DNA of 64,000 nt, taken from an uncultured Actinomycetes bacterium. GTDB lineage: Bacteria; Actinomycetota; Thermoleophilia; RBG-16-64-13. The translations under genes were made by a program, and so were the position numbers. The DNA lies in NCBI GenBank assembly GCA_963841735.1, contig CAWJDT010000001.1, forward strand, positions 1,708,514 to 1,772,513, in the 5' to 3' direction. Shown piece after piece: positions 27,070 to 39,299 of this stretch (its first letter is position 1; the number at the start of each line of letters is the position of its first letter). The notes under the pieces are model-generated. The model saw nothing but the letters and a program-made list of their open reading frames with translations, did not search any database and was not told the DNA's origin.

Positions 27070-30000
27070 CCGACTTGCTGCGCGGCTATGAGCCGTTTGA
27101 AGCGATCGTTGCCCTGGGAGGGCGCCCAGACTGGCGTCCGCGGGCCGCCGGGGTGGCGGCCGCGGGGAGCGCGACCCTGAGCCCGAGCACGGCCCCGAGC
27201 CCGACGCCGACGCCGACCAGCGGCGAGGCGACTGTTCCCACGTTTGCCCACGCCTACATAACTGCTGGTGTCGTGAATCGCAGTCCCTGGCGAGAGGGCC
27301 CCGTCCTTGTGGTGGCGGCTACTCAGGAGGCGGCGGCGGAACTCGAGCATGAACTCGGCCTCTACTGTCCAGGTCGCACTGTCGCCTATCTGCCGCCACG
27401 CGGGGTGTGGTATGGGTCGGAAGGTGAGGTCAAACCTAGAGTAGCGGGGCGGAGGGCGCGTGCCGTGGCTGCGCTTCTTGAGGCCCCGGAGGCCGGGCTG
27501 GGGGGCCCGGTCGTTGTAGTCGAGGCCACCACGCTCATGGAGGGGGTCGTCCCTCCGGCCGGGAGCGCGGTGACCGTGGAGGCCGCGGTCCGTTATGAGT
27601 TCGAAGACCTGGTGCGGAGGTTGGCCGGGCTGGGATACACACGGGTCGATCAGGTGGAGGACGCGGGTGACTTCTCTGTGCGCGGGGGGATCATCGATGT
27701 CTTTCCTTCCACCGAGCCGTATCCGGTGCGCATTGAGTTTTGGGGCGACGAAGTAGATAGCCTACGCCGCTTCTCTCCCTATTCGCAGCGCTCTTTGGCC
27801 ACGCTGGAGAGGGTGGTATTGCACGCGGCGGCCGAGGAGGAGGGCGCCGGCCCGGCAGGCATCATCAGCTTCCTGGGCGAGGGAGCGCATGTCGTCCGGC
27901 TCGACCCGGCCCGGGCGGTAGTGCGAGTAGAGGCCTTTCAGAGCGATCTGGCCGATCTCTTGGGAGGAGGCGTCGCCAACGCGGGAGCTTACACGCCTTG
28001 GCCGGAGGTGCTCGCCGGAATCGCAGGGGTATCCACGCTCTCTTTGAGTTCCCCGGGCTTGGCCGGAGGGGATGAGGCGGGACCGGTCATCCGCGCCACC
28101 AGCGGCGAGATGCCGGTGACCAACCTGCCAGAGGCCGAGGAGGCGATCCGCCGGCTGGTAGCCAACGACTACCGGGTGGTCATCGCCTTTGAGCAGAGGG
28201 CTGAGGCCGAGCGGGCGGGCTACGTGCTGCAGCGGGTCACCGGGAGCTTGGCCGTCGGCGGCGACATTGAGCAGGGGCCCGGAGTGTCGTTCTTGCCGGC
28301 ACCGTATCATGGGCATTTCGTTATCCCGGAGTTGAAACTGGCGCTGCTCACCGACTCCCTGGTGTTTCCGCGCCGTCATAAGGCGGCGGCTGGGCGGAGA
28401 CCGCCAAGTGGTCTCGAGCTGTCCAGCTTCCGCGACCTGCGCAAGGGTGACTTCGTGGTGCACGAGGACCATGGGGTGGGCCGTTTCGACGGTATCTCCA
28501 CCAAGACGGTTGCCGGGATCACGCGCGATTATCTGGACTTGGCCTTCAAGGACCAGGACAAGCTCTACGTGCCCCACGACCAGATTGCCAAAGTCATGCG
28601 CTACGTGGGTGCGGGGGGAGCGGCTCCTGCGCTCTCCAAACTGGGCGCCAAGGCCTGGGAGCACGTCAAGAGCCGCGCGCGCAAAGCCGCCCGTGAAGTG
28701 GCCGGCGAGCTTCTGCATCTGTATGCCATGCGGCAGGCTACCCAGGGCCATCAGTTCGCCGAAGACGGTGAGTGGCAGGTGCGGTTCGAGAAGGCGTTTC
28801 CCTACGAGGAGACCGAGGACCAGCAGCGGGCCATCGATGCCGTCAAAGACGACATGGAGTCGACTCAGCCTATGGACCGCCTGCTGTGCGGCGACGTGGG
28901 CTACGGCAAGACCGAGGTGGCGCTAAGGGCGGCCTTCAAAGCCACTCTCGACGGCAAGCAGGTCATGGTGCTGGTGCCCACCACCATCCTCGCGCAGCAA
29001 CACTACGGCACCTTTAGGGAGCGGTTCGCCGAGTTTCCCGTGAAGGTGGAGATGATCTCCCGCTTCCGTTCGGCGGCCGAGCAGAAGCGCATCTTGGAGG
29101 AGTTCAACGCCGGCCGGGTGGACGTTCTGATCGGCACCCACCGGCTGCTGTCACAGGACGTGAGGCCCAAGGACTTGGGCCTGGTGATAGTGGACGAAGA
29201 GCAGCGCTTCGGCGTTACCCAGAAGGAGGCGCTCCGCCGTTTGAAGGTCAGGGTGGACGTGCTCACGCTTACCGCTACTCCCATCCCGCGCACCCTGCAG
29301 ATGTCACTCTCGGGGGTGCGCGACGTCACCATCATCGAGACGCCCCCGCGCGATCGCCATCCCATTCAGACGTACGTCGGGCTGTACGACGAGGGGATGG
29401 TGACCAGGGCCATTCAGCGCGAGATCGATCGAGGCGGCCAGGTCTTCTATCTGCACAACCGAGTGGAGACCATCGACAAGACGGCCGAGAGATTGCGGGC
29501 GCTCATTCCGGCCGCCCGTTTCGTGGTCGCCCACGGGCAGATGCCCGAGCAGGAGCTGGAGCGGGTGATGCTTGACTTCCTGCGGGGCGACGCCGACGTG
29601 CTTGTGACAACCACCATCATCGAAAGCGGACTGGACATCCCCAATGCCAACACCCTCATCGTCGACCGGGCGGATCTGCTGGGCCTGTCTCAGCTCTACC
29701 AGATACGCGGGCGCATCGGCCGCTCGGCCCGGGTGGCCCACGCTTTCCTGTTCCACCCTGACGAGGCGGTGCTCACCGAGGAAGCGCTGGCCCGCTTGAC
29801 CACCTTGGCCGACTACACCGAGCTGGGTTCCGGATTCAAGATAGCCATGCGTGACCTGGAGATCCGGGGCGCGGGAGAGCTGCTGGGCGAGGAGCAGTCG
29901 GGCCAGATCGCCGCTGTGGGTTTCGAGATGTACCTGGCCATGCTCCGGGAGGCCACGGCTCAGCTCGAGGGGCAAGGGCCTGTAGTGGCGAGGGTGCCCC

Positions 30001-30452
30001 GGGTGGATGTGGGCCTCGACGCTCATGTCCCCGCCGGGTTCATAGGATATGAGGCCGCGCGGGTGGACCTGCACCGGCGCATCGCCTCGGCAGGTTCTCT
30101 GCAGGAGTTGGTCGATCTGCGGGCGGAACTCGCCGATCGCTTCGGCGAGATCCCCGAGCCAGTGGACAACCTCATCTTCCTGGGGGAAGTGCGGGTGAAG
30201 CTGCAGGAGTGGGCCGCCGACTCTCTTTCGGTGCGTCAGAGCCGTCTGGCCATCACCGGTTTGGTCCTGCCTCCCAACTCAAGAGAACGCCTGCGCAGTC
30301 GAGACCGCCGTTATGTCTACGCTTCGGTGCAGGGGCAGCTGACGCTGGGTTTGCGGGGTGACGACCGGGGCCTGCGGGAGGCGGTCGGGCAGGTGTTGGA
30401 TGATATACTCGCGCTCTTTGAGGGGGAAGCGACGTTAGACGCGAACAAGTGA
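27057..30452 (+). CDS. mfd: Transcription-repair coupling factor
   Basis: RGGIIDVF, VVH..HGVG.F, GDVGYGKTE, DEEQRFG, TATPIPRTL, Q.RGRIGRS, DLEIRGAG. Confidence 0.97.
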   Translation: MPRLTDLLRGYEPFEAIVALGGRPDWRPRAAGVAAAGSATLSPSTAPSPTPTPTSGEATVPTFAHAYITAGVVNRSPWREGPVLVVAATQEAAAELEHELGLYCPGRTVAYLPPRGVWYGSEGEVKPRVAGRRARAVAALLEAPEAGLGGPVVVVEATTLMEGVVPPAGSAVTVEAAVRYEFEDLVRRLAGLGYTRVDQVEDAGDFSVRGGIIDVFPSTEPYPVRIEFWGDEVDSLRRFSPYSQRSLATLERVVLHAAAEEEGAGPAGIISFLGEGAHVVRLDPARAVVRVEAFQSDLADLLGGGVANAGAYTPWPEVLAGIAGVSTLSLSSPGLAGGDEAGPVIRATSGEMPVTNLPEAEEAIRRLVANDYRVVIAFEQRAEAERAGYVLQRVTGSLAVGGDIEQGPGVSFLPAPYHGHFVIPELKLALLTDSLVFPRRHKAAAGRRPPSGLELSSFRDLRKGDFVVHEDHGVGRFDGISTKTVAGITRDYLDLAFKDQDKLYVPHDQIAKVMRYVGAGGAAPALSKLGAKAWEHVKSRARKAAREVAGELLHLYAMRQATQGHQFAEDGEWQVRFEKAFPYEETEDQQRAIDAVKDDMESTQPMDRLLCGDVGYGKTEVALRAAFKATLDGKQVMVLVPTTILAQQHYGTFRERFAEFPVKVEMISRFRSAAEQKRILEEFNAGRVDVLIGTHRLLSQDVRPKDLGLVIVDEEQRFGVTQKEALRRLKVRVDVLTLTATPIPRTLQMSLSGVRDVTIIETPPRDRHPIQTYVGLYDEGMVTRAIQREIDRGGQVFYLHNRVETIDKTAERLRALIPAARFVVAHGQMPEQELERVMLDFLRGDADVLVTTTIIESGLDIPNANTLIVDRADLLGLSQLYQIRGRIGRSARVAHAFLFHPDEAVLTEEALARLTTLADYTELGSGFKIAMRDLEIRGAGELLGEEQSGQIAAVGFEMYLAMLREATAQLEGQGPVVARVPRVDVGLDAHVPAGFIGYEAARVDLHRRIASAGSLQELVDLRAELADRFGEIPEPVDNLIFLGEVRVKLQEWAADSLSVRQSRLAITGLVLPPNSRERLRSRDRRYVYASVQGQLTLGLRGDDRGLREAVGQVLDDILALFEGEATLDANK

Positions 30453-31600
30453 GGTCGACCTTGATCAGAAGGCTCGCCGCCGGCCTGGTCCTTCTGCCGC
30501 TCCTTATAGTGGTGCTCGTCTCGGCCCAAGGGTGCAAAGAGGAATTGCCTGAGGGCGTTATCGCAATGGTGGGTCAGTATCCGATCTCCCAGGCGCAGCT
30601 CGACACGATAGAGGCGCTCTACAAGACGGCCGGCCAAGCGCCCGATGAGGAGCGACAGCCTGCCGAATACAACAGCTTCAAGCTGAAGCTGGTGGAGTAT
30701 CTGGTGACCTTGGAGGTCATGCGGCAGGAGGCTTCCGACTACGGGGTCACCATCACTTCGGCCGATGTTGACGGCCGTCTGCTGCAGATAAAGCAGATGT
30801 TCCTGGGCAACGAGCAGAAGTTCGAAGACGCCGTCGCGGCGCAGAACCTGACTCTTGAAGAGCTCACCCAGGCCATCAAGGAAAGTCTGTGGTTCGAGAA
30901 GATGAAGGCGGCTGTTACGGAGGACGTGACCCTGACCGAAGACGAGGTGCGGGCCTACTATGATTCCCACACCTCTGAGTACGTGGAGCAGGAATCCCGA
31001 AGGGTGCGCCATATACTGATCTCCCCGTTTGTGGACGCAGCCGGCAACACCGTCGCGGGTACGCCGACCCAGGACGATTGGGACGCGGCGAAGTCTGAGG
31101 CCGAAAGCATTCGCAGCGAGATCCTAAACGACGCCGACTTTGTCACGTCGGTGGAGGAGTACTCCGATGACAAGGTCACCCGGGAAAAGGGCGGAGATCT
31201 TGGATATGTAATCAGAGGACAGACGCTGCCCGCCTTTGAAGACGTGGTCTTCTCGCTCAAGAAGGACACGCTGTCCGAGCCGGTCAAGACGACCTTGGGA
31301 TACCACTTGGTCGAGGTGACCGATATCACTCCCGAGAACCAGCTGTCGTACGATCTGGTCAAGGAGAAGATCCGCACTACTCTGCTTGAGGAGAAGCAGG
31401 CAGCGACTTGGGGGCAGTGGCTCAGCGACAGGATGGCCAAACTGGGTGTGGTCTATCGGGATGGCTACGTGCCTCCCTCCGCGGCCAATACCACGCCGAC
31501 AGAGCGGACCTCGGGCGAAGAGCCCACGTCCACCGGCGGGGCCGACATCACAAGCGAGACCGGGGACGGCGACACCACCACCGGTTCAAGTTCCGACTAG
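30449..31600 (+). CDS. PrsA/SurA-like parvulin peptidyl-prolyl isomerase lipoprotein
   Basis: Lipobox AQGC, VRHIL, YSDD...GGDLG, PVKT..GYH. Confidence 0.85.
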   Translation: MRSTLIRRLAAGLVLLPLLIVVLVSAQGCKEELPEGVIAMVGQYPISQAQLDTIEALYKTAGQAPDEERQPAEYNSFKLKLVEYLVTLEVMRQEASDYGVTITSADVDGRLLQIKQMFLGNEQKFEDAVAAQNLTLEELTQAIKESLWFEKMKAAVTEDVTLTEDEVRAYYDSHTSEYVEQESRRVRHILISPFVDAAGNTVAGTPTQDDWDAAKSEAESIRSEILNDADFVTSVEEYSDDKVTREKGGDLGYVIRGQTLPAFEDVVFSLKKDTLSEPVKTTLGYHLVEVTDITPENQLSYDLVKEKIRTTLLEEKQAATWGQWLSDRMAKLGVVYRDGYVPPSAANTTPTERTSGEEPTSTGGADITSETGDGDTTTGSSSD

Positions 31601-31609
31601 CCGGCCGCC

Positions 31610-33714
<2,105 letters not shown>

Positions 33715-33788
33715 GTCGCTCGACTTCGGGCCATCGGGTTACTTGGGCGAAGGACACTGTCACGGAGAGGGCGAATACTAGATGAACA

Positions 33789-34271
33789 ATGGCCAACACT
33801 ATCGCCCCATCAGCGCCGTCTCGCTACGGCATAGGCAAGCCTCAGTCGCGGAGACGGCCGCGGTTCGCGGCGCGGCGACGCCTGCTCCTGCTGTTTCTGG
33901 TTCTGGCCTTGGTGGCGGTGGCCGTGTTGGCTAACTACGGCCCTCTCGAGGCGTACCGCGATGCCCGGTTGCGCCTTGACCAGGCGACCTCAGCCGTATC
34001 CACTTTGGAGGAACAGAAGACCCAGCTGCAATCGGAGCTGGGTAGGCTGAGCGAGACGGGCTATCTGGAGAGTCTTGCCCGTGAGCAATTGACCTATACC
34101 CGGCCTGGCGAGCAGTTGTACATCGTGACGGGGCTCGATGAGGCCACCGCCGAATCCGCCACCGACATTGCCGGCAGCGAACAAGGCGCCGCCTCGGTGG
34201 ATAGCGGCGGCGATGCTGACGGCCCCGGCCTTTTCGAGCGGGCACTCAGCGCGATTCTGGGGGTCTTCTAG
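33789..34271 (+). CDS. Septum formation initiator (DivIC/FtsB family)
   Basis: TM helix, coiled coil, ARE.L...PGE motif, follows eno. Confidence 0.85.
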   Translation: MANTIAPSAPSRYGIGKPQSRRRPRFAARRRLLLLFLVLALVAVAVLANYGPLEAYRDARLRLDQATSAVSTLEEQKTQLQSELGRLSETGYLESLAREQLTYTRPGEQLYIVTGLDEATAESATDIAGSEQGAASVDSGGDADGPGLFERALSAILGVF

Positions 34272-34272
34272 G

Positions 34273-34677
34273 GTGGCGGCCCCTCGGCCCGATGAGACTC
34301 CGAGGGCGGTGCGCCGGTCGTCCGACCAGCTTGATCCCTCGTTTCTGAGAAAGCTCGAGGACGACTCTCTGTGGCGGGCGAGCAGGGAGGGCAGGCCGCA
34401 GCGCGCGAGGCCACCTCGCAGAGAGAAGCGCTCGCGCTTGCTGGCGATCGTTGTTCTTGTGGCAGCGGCGCTGATCCTCCTCATCACCGGCATGACCGCC
34501 GGCAGCAGTGGATCCGGTTCTTCGGGGGGGCAGTCGACTCCCTTCAGACTCCTGCCCCTGCCCGGCAACACGGTGACGTCCATCGTGACGGACACGGAGC
34601 CCCCAGTGGAGGAGTCATCGCAGAGCGACCCGGAGCCGCTTAGCAGCTTGTCGGCAGCGTTCGTGCTCTTGCGCTAA
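34273..34677 (+). CDS. Hypothetical single-TM protein
   Basis: Fills the gap between divIC and DUF501. Basic stretch then a hydrophobic helix. Confidence 0.45.
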   Translation: MAAPRPDETPRAVRRSSDQLDPSFLRKLEDDSLWRASREGRPQRARPPRREKRSRLLAIVVLVAAALILLITGMTAGSSGSGSSGGQSTPFRLLPLPGNTVTSIVTDTEPPVEESSQSDPEPLSSLSAAFVLLR

Positions 34678-34692
34678 CCGTTGGAGATCGCG

Positions 34693-36213
34693 ATGGCGGT
34701 GGGGCCTCGTGACAGAAGAATAGTGGCAGCCGAACTGCGCCGGACGCCTCGGGACCTCACCGGCATCGCAGCCCGATGCCCGTTTGGCTATCCCGCTGTG
34801 ACCGAGACTGCTCCGGTGCTGTCTGGAGGCGAGCCCAACCCGACCCTGCTGTATCTCACGTGCCCTGAGCTGGCCACCGTCGTCAGTCGCGTGGAGGCTG
34901 CCGGGGGGGTGCGGTCGCTACGCTCCTCCTCCAAGTCGGACGCTCGATTGAGGGCCTTGCTCGATGACATCACCCGGGCCTATCGGGTGCGGAGGACCGC
35001 TCTTCTCCAGACGAGCGCGTTTCGAGACCACCCCGACGCCCGCTTGGGCGCGGGGATCGGAGGCCCCGAGAGCCCGGCGGTGGCTTCTTGTCTTCACGCT
35101 TACGCGGCGGCGTTGCTGGCTGTGATGTCCGGATGGCTGGTCCCCGAGGGGGAAGGCGTTATCGAGCGCGCGGGGGAGGCATGGGCCAAGTTGTTCCCGT
35201 CGCTCGAGGTTTCGTGGTGCACCGATTGCCGCTGTGCCAAGTGGGATACGGAGCTGAGGCGCGCTGCCATAGACGTTGGCACCATCTCGGTGCGATTGTT
35301 GGTAGCGGATCTCACCGACGGGCGGCCATGGACCGTGGTGCGCAGGGCGGAGGTCACGCGTTTGGGAGAAGGTCTGGAACCAGGAGGGTCTCTCAGCGGG
35401 GAGGCGCGGCGGCGAACGGAGGAGGCCGTGGCTCGCTTTGGCGCGGAGGCCCGGACTCAAGGGGCGGTGGACATCATTCTGGCCGGCACAAGCGCGACTC
35501 GAGAGGCCGCCGACGGACAGGAATTCATGGAGACACTCGGGCGTGATAACGCCCTACACCCCGTAGTACTCGAAGGCGAGCGAGAAGCGCAACTGGGATA
35601 TCTGGGGGCAGGCCTCGACATCTCGGGCGATCCAGTGGTGCTGGATGTGGGAGGGGGGAGCACCGAACTGACCGTGCGCTTGGATGGCGGGCGGGTGTGG
35701 CCCACCAGCATGAACCTCGGCGCCAGTCGGTCCACGGGCGCGTGGATAAGGTCGGATCCGCCCTCGCCAGAGGACATCGCGAAGATCAAGACGGAGGCGG
35801 AGCGCGCGTTCAAGGAAGTCCGCCTCCATTACGGCAACGACATGCCGGACGGGGAAGCGCCGGCGGGGGAAGCGCCGGCCGACGACGAGCTGCCGGCGCC
35901 CAAGCGCCTTGTGGGGGTAGCCGGGACGGTCACCACACTCGCCGCTTTGGATGCCGGACTGGAAGTCTACGATTCCGAGGCCATCCATCTGCGCACTCTC
36001 TCGTTGAAGAGCGTGAAGGAGCTGGTCGCCCGGTTGAGCGCCATGACTACCGCGGAGCGGGCCGCCCTGCCCTGCGTCCAGCCGGGCCGGGCGCCGGTGA
36101 TCGTGGCCGGGGCGGTCATCGTGATGGCGGCCATGGAGACCCTGGGCTACGACATGCTGACCGTCTCGGAGCGCGACCTGTTGGACGGTCTGGTGATGGA
36201 CGTCACGTGCTAA
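34693..36213 (+). CDS. DUF501 domain fused to a Ppx/GppA family phosphatase
   Basis: N-term RCP.G.P.V, PTL.YLTCP, CLHA. C-term AIDVGT.S.RL, TRLGEG, TSATREA, DVGGGSTE, GVAGT.TT, SERDLLDG. Confidence 0.88.
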   Translation: MAVGPRDRRIVAAELRRTPRDLTGIAARCPFGYPAVTETAPVLSGGEPNPTLLYLTCPELATVVSRVEAAGGVRSLRSSSKSDARLRALLDDITRAYRVRRTALLQTSAFRDHPDARLGAGIGGPESPAVASCLHAYAAALLAVMSGWLVPEGEGVIERAGEAWAKLFPSLEVSWCTDCRCAKWDTELRRAAIDVGTISVRLLVADLTDGRPWTVVRRAEVTRLGEGLEPGGSLSGEARRRTEEAVARFGAEARTQGAVDIILAGTSATREAADGQEFMETLGRDNALHPVVLEGEREAQLGYLGAGLDISGDPVVLDVGGGSTELTVRLDGGRVWPTSMNLGASRSTGAWIRSDPPSPEDIAKIKTEAERAFKEVRLHYGNDMPDGEAPAGEAPADDELPAPKRLVGVAGTVTTLAALDAGLEVYDSEAIHLRTLSLKSVKELVARLSAMTTAERAALPCVQPGRAPVIVAGAVIVMAAMETLGYDMLTVSERDLLDGLVMDVTC

Positions 36214-36296
36214 CGTAGTGCCGTGGGGCGCCGGTTGCCTCAGCACCGCGGTGGCTCAGAGCGCTGAACGAGCGCCGGAGCGAGCGGGGCGCACTC

Positions 36297-36378
36297 GCCG
36301 GAGTGGCGGAATGGCAGACGCAACGGTCTTAAACACCGTAGGGCTATGCCCATGCGGGTTCGAGTCCCGCCTCCGGCA
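36297..36378 (+). tRNA. tRNA-Leu (TAA)
   Basis: GCCGGAG/CTCCGGC acceptor, ACGGT-CT TAA AC-ACCGT anticodon arm, long variable arm, GGTTCGAGTCC. Confidence 0.95.
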
Positions 36379-36448
36379 TTGTGCCGAGTTGCAGGCAGTT
36401 CTTACCTTCACGGGGTCTGCGGAGCCACCCCGTTCTGGCCCGTAAGTG

Positions 36449-36484
36449 GCCCCCTGGTGGCATCTGGTGACGGACTTGGCACCA
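36449..36484 (+). repeat. Imperfect direct repeat copy 1 (integrase arm-site-like)
   Basis: GCCCCCTGGTGGCATCTGGTGACGGACTTGGCACCA, with a partner at 38531-38568. Confidence 0.65.
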
Positions 36485-37020
36485 CGCGTCACCAGGGATC
36501 GGACTCCAGCGGATGGGTAGGTACCAGGCAACGGGTTGGCAGGTATGCCGGCAGGTGCGCCGGCATCGCGAAGTGCGAGTCCTCGAATCGGGCGCGTCTT
36601 CGTTGCTCTTGCGCAGGGTGCTTCCGACGCGAGACCTAGCGCGCAGCGTCGATGGCCTTCAGCCACTAGACGAGAGCATTGTGCTCGGCCTCCTCTCCTT
36701 CAGGTGGCAGGAACGTGCCCTCACTGGTGAATCGTGGATTGACCGTCATGAGAACGGAGCCGTACGCTAGCTGGGCCTCTCGCACTGTCGCGGGTGCGCG
36801 GGGGAAGCTATACATGCCAAACATCGACAGATCCAGGAACTGTTGCGAGATGGACCACTGATAGACACCGCCTCCGCCGATGCGGACGCGCTGCCACAGG
36901 GCGTCCCGCTTATCCAGAAACCACTGCAAGCGCTCCTGGTAGAGATCATATCTTCCATTCCAAACATCAGGTTTGTTGGACGTCGTAGACGTGGCGGCGA
37001 CCGCGAGCTTCTCCACCTGG

Positions 37021-37938
37021 CTACGGGGCCTGCAACTCAAGAGACCAAGCTGGCTGGCCCTCGTACGAAGTGACATACAGCACATAAGTCCCGTCCAACC
37101 CTGGGACTTCCTTCGTCGGAGAGGCTGCCACCATGGTCATATCTACTGCAGTGTTGTCCTGGACCGCGTCCGCCCATCCCATGGGATCATCCGCCGCAGG
37201 AACCAGATCGGCCGGTATGATCCACAAGAGAACACCGACGACAAAATCGCCCGTGTCGATCATATCTAGGACGAGGCGGGCCTCGCCAGAGACGGTGAAG
37301 GGTTCACTCACCAACATGCCCTCCATGCCCTGCCAAGGGGAGTCGGTCGATTCGAGCTTGACGACCGTAGTCCAGTCACTCTCAGAAGAAGGCTGGTCAG
37401 CCGAGCCTGTATCTGAGGTTGTGATGGTCACCTGTTCTTCGGTGGCCGTGTCGTCTGTATCATCAAGGGCCGAGATGTCCCAGTACCACTTGCCGTCCCT
37501 TAGGACCAGGTCGAATACCTTTGGCTCGTCGCTATCATTCACGTCCTCTGTCGTTGTCTGGCCGTTCTCGACTGTCGTCACTTGGCCCCCGACCACGGTC
37601 ACGGTAGCCATCTGACCATCGTCACTGATCTCGGTCGCCAGCTCGATGTTCGAGAATCGCATCGACGTCGAGTCGCTGAGTGCCTCGCCAGCGACCATCG
37701 CTTTCATCGCTTCCTCGGTCATGCCCATGGCTATGCCCACTTCGTAGAACTGCGGGTCTACGGTCTCCCAAAAAGCGTCGATGTCTTTGTTCTCAATAGC
37801 AGCCAGGATCTGCTTGACAGTCTGCTCAGGCCCGGCCGCTCCACTGCCGCCGCATGCCACTCCGAGCAGCCCGATCACCAATATGACTACCGCGGCACCG
37901 ATAGACAGCCATGCTCTACTGCGAAGACCAGTTGTCAC
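37021..37938 (-). CDS. Lipoprotein with an NTF2/DUF4878-like N-terminal domain
   Basis: AAGGAG RBS, GTG start, lipobox LGVAC, PEQTV...A....D pattern, LV..DGKW. Confidence 0.75.
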   Translation of the reverse strand: MTTGLRSRAWLSIGAAVVILVIGLLGVACGGSGAAGPEQTVKQILAAIENKDIDAFWETVDPQFYEVGIAMGMTEEAMKAMVAGEALSDSTSMRFSNIELATEISDDGQMATVTVVGGQVTTVENGQTTTEDVNDSDEPKVFDLVLRDGKWYWDISALDDTDDTATEEQVTITTSDTGSADQPSSESDWTTVVKLESTDSPWQGMEGMLVSEPFTVSGEARLVLDMIDTGDFVVGVLLWIIPADLVPAADDPMGWADAVQDNTAVDMTMVAASPTKEVPGLDGTYVLYVTSYEGQPAWSLELQAP

Positions 37939-38128
37939 TTGACGCTCCTTCTCGAGGGATACAGCAGTGGCGTGTATGGACGGCGACTCCCCACTTGTCT
38001 CGCAGTGTAGCACTGCTCGATGACGCCTCAGGTCCAGTATCAGGACAACGATCGTCGAAGACACGAGACCGACGCCGGCCTAGATTATTCTGTACTAAGT
38101 GGGCGTTCTGCGCAGGAGAATCTCGATC

Positions 38129-38407
38129 ATGACCAAAGTACCGACCCCATCCCCGCTTGCTGAGGAGCGCACTCTGGCAGTGATCGGCAACCTGATCCGC
38201 GCAGGCGGATTCATGGGGTTGAACGTGAAGAGGTACTCACTCATCATCATCGACCGGCCCACGATCAAGAAGGTCAAGATCAAGACCACGCCCCAGTCAT
38301 CTAGCGATCCAGAATTCGAGGTGTTCGACTCGGGCAAGGTAGTCATGAAGTCATCAACAGAGAAGGTCGTGCTCTCTGTGGCCGACTCACTTGCAGCTGT
38401 GAGGTAG
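38129..38407 (+). CDS. Small hypothetical protein
   Basis: AGGAG RBS then ATG, GC-rich third codon positions. Confidence 0.4.
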   Translation: MTKVPTPSPLAEERTLAVIGNLIRAGGFMGLNVKRYSLIIIDRPTIKKVKIKTTPQSSSDPEFEVFDSGKVVMKSSTEKVVLSVADSLAAVR

Positions 38408-38411
38408 GAAT

Positions 38412-38467
38412 TCCGAGCGGCTGGCTTAGTCTGACGAGGTCCCCGGGGGTCCGAATCCCCCCTCCGC
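38412..38467 (+). pseudogene. Degenerate tRNA fragment (Ser-like)
   Basis: CCGAGCGGCTG D-arm-like segment and GGGGGTCCGAATCCCCC-CTCCGC T-arm/acceptor-like 3' end. No anticodon arm. Confidence 0.45.
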
Positions 38468-38530
38468 TTCTCTGCATGGGTTTCTTGGTCTTGGGGAGCC
38501 TCGGAGGCACGCACTTGTATGTGCCAGAAT

Positions 38531-38568
38531 GCCCCCTTGGTGACATTTTGGTGACGAACTTGGCACCA
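38531..38568 (+). repeat. Imperfect direct repeat copy 2 (integrase arm-site-like)
   Basis: GCCCCCTTGGTGACATTTTGGTGACGAACTTGGCACCA. The last 20 bp match copy 1 at 19/20. Confidence 0.65.
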
Positions 38569-39299
38569 GCAAACGGATGGGGACGGTCCAGATGGCACCA
38601 GATGGGACCCCTGCAGGCTCGGCGCGAATCCCCGATCGACCGTTATCAGGCTTGGCCGGCGGGGGCTATCGCATCAACAGACGGCCCGTCTTGTGCTGAA
38701 GGGCCAAGCGTCACGATTGATTCACTTGAGGCGTAGGGGCGGCCACATCTACCGGGCCTAATCTATGTATTCCCCAGTATCTTAGGCAACACACGGTTCT
38801 GGTACTGCTCTCGTTCAACGCGTAGCCGCGTGTTCTCGTCCTGCGTCCGCCTCTGTTGTTCAAGTCTTTGTCGGAGGGCATGCTTGGCCTTCTCCGTGTC
38901 CACGTTGGCGAAGTGTCCCATGTCAGAAAGCCACACAAGCCGGTGATCAGTCAGGTGAAGGCGCCTTCGCCGTTGGGGGGCGGAGAGTCGAAGCAGTAGG
39001 CGTCGGACGGGCCCGGCGGTGGGTTTAGCAAACTCCATCCGCAGGAATACGCTTTCTGTAGGGAAAGCCCAGAGCTCAGAGGATGTCCCGAGCGCGGAGG
39101 AGCGAGTTGAAGCACCCGGGGGGATGTCTTGACGAAGCACACCCACCTTGCTCACTTCGCGGTTTGTTGTGCCCTACCGGAGAGCATCAGGCCCTCTTGG
39201 TCCCCGCCGACGCTCGCGCGGGTGATGCCCTCATAGCCCTCAAAGCGCTCAAAACCTTCAGAGCCACGGTCCCTAAGTGACGACCTCAAGGAGACTGAG

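Noticed and set aside
27150-27230. Low-complexity insertions in Mfd (also RsmI ~13505-13560, Ppx 35851-35880, kinase ~55505-55530) as further copies of the metG element
   Set aside because: They are short tandem duplications or Gly/Pro/Thr runs without the GGCTGCTG terminal inverted repeats.
36666-37020. ORF fragments after tRNA-Leu (and 38711-39280) as integrase or defence genes
   Set aside because: I could not recognise any motifs. They are probably gene remnants and cannot be assigned without a search.
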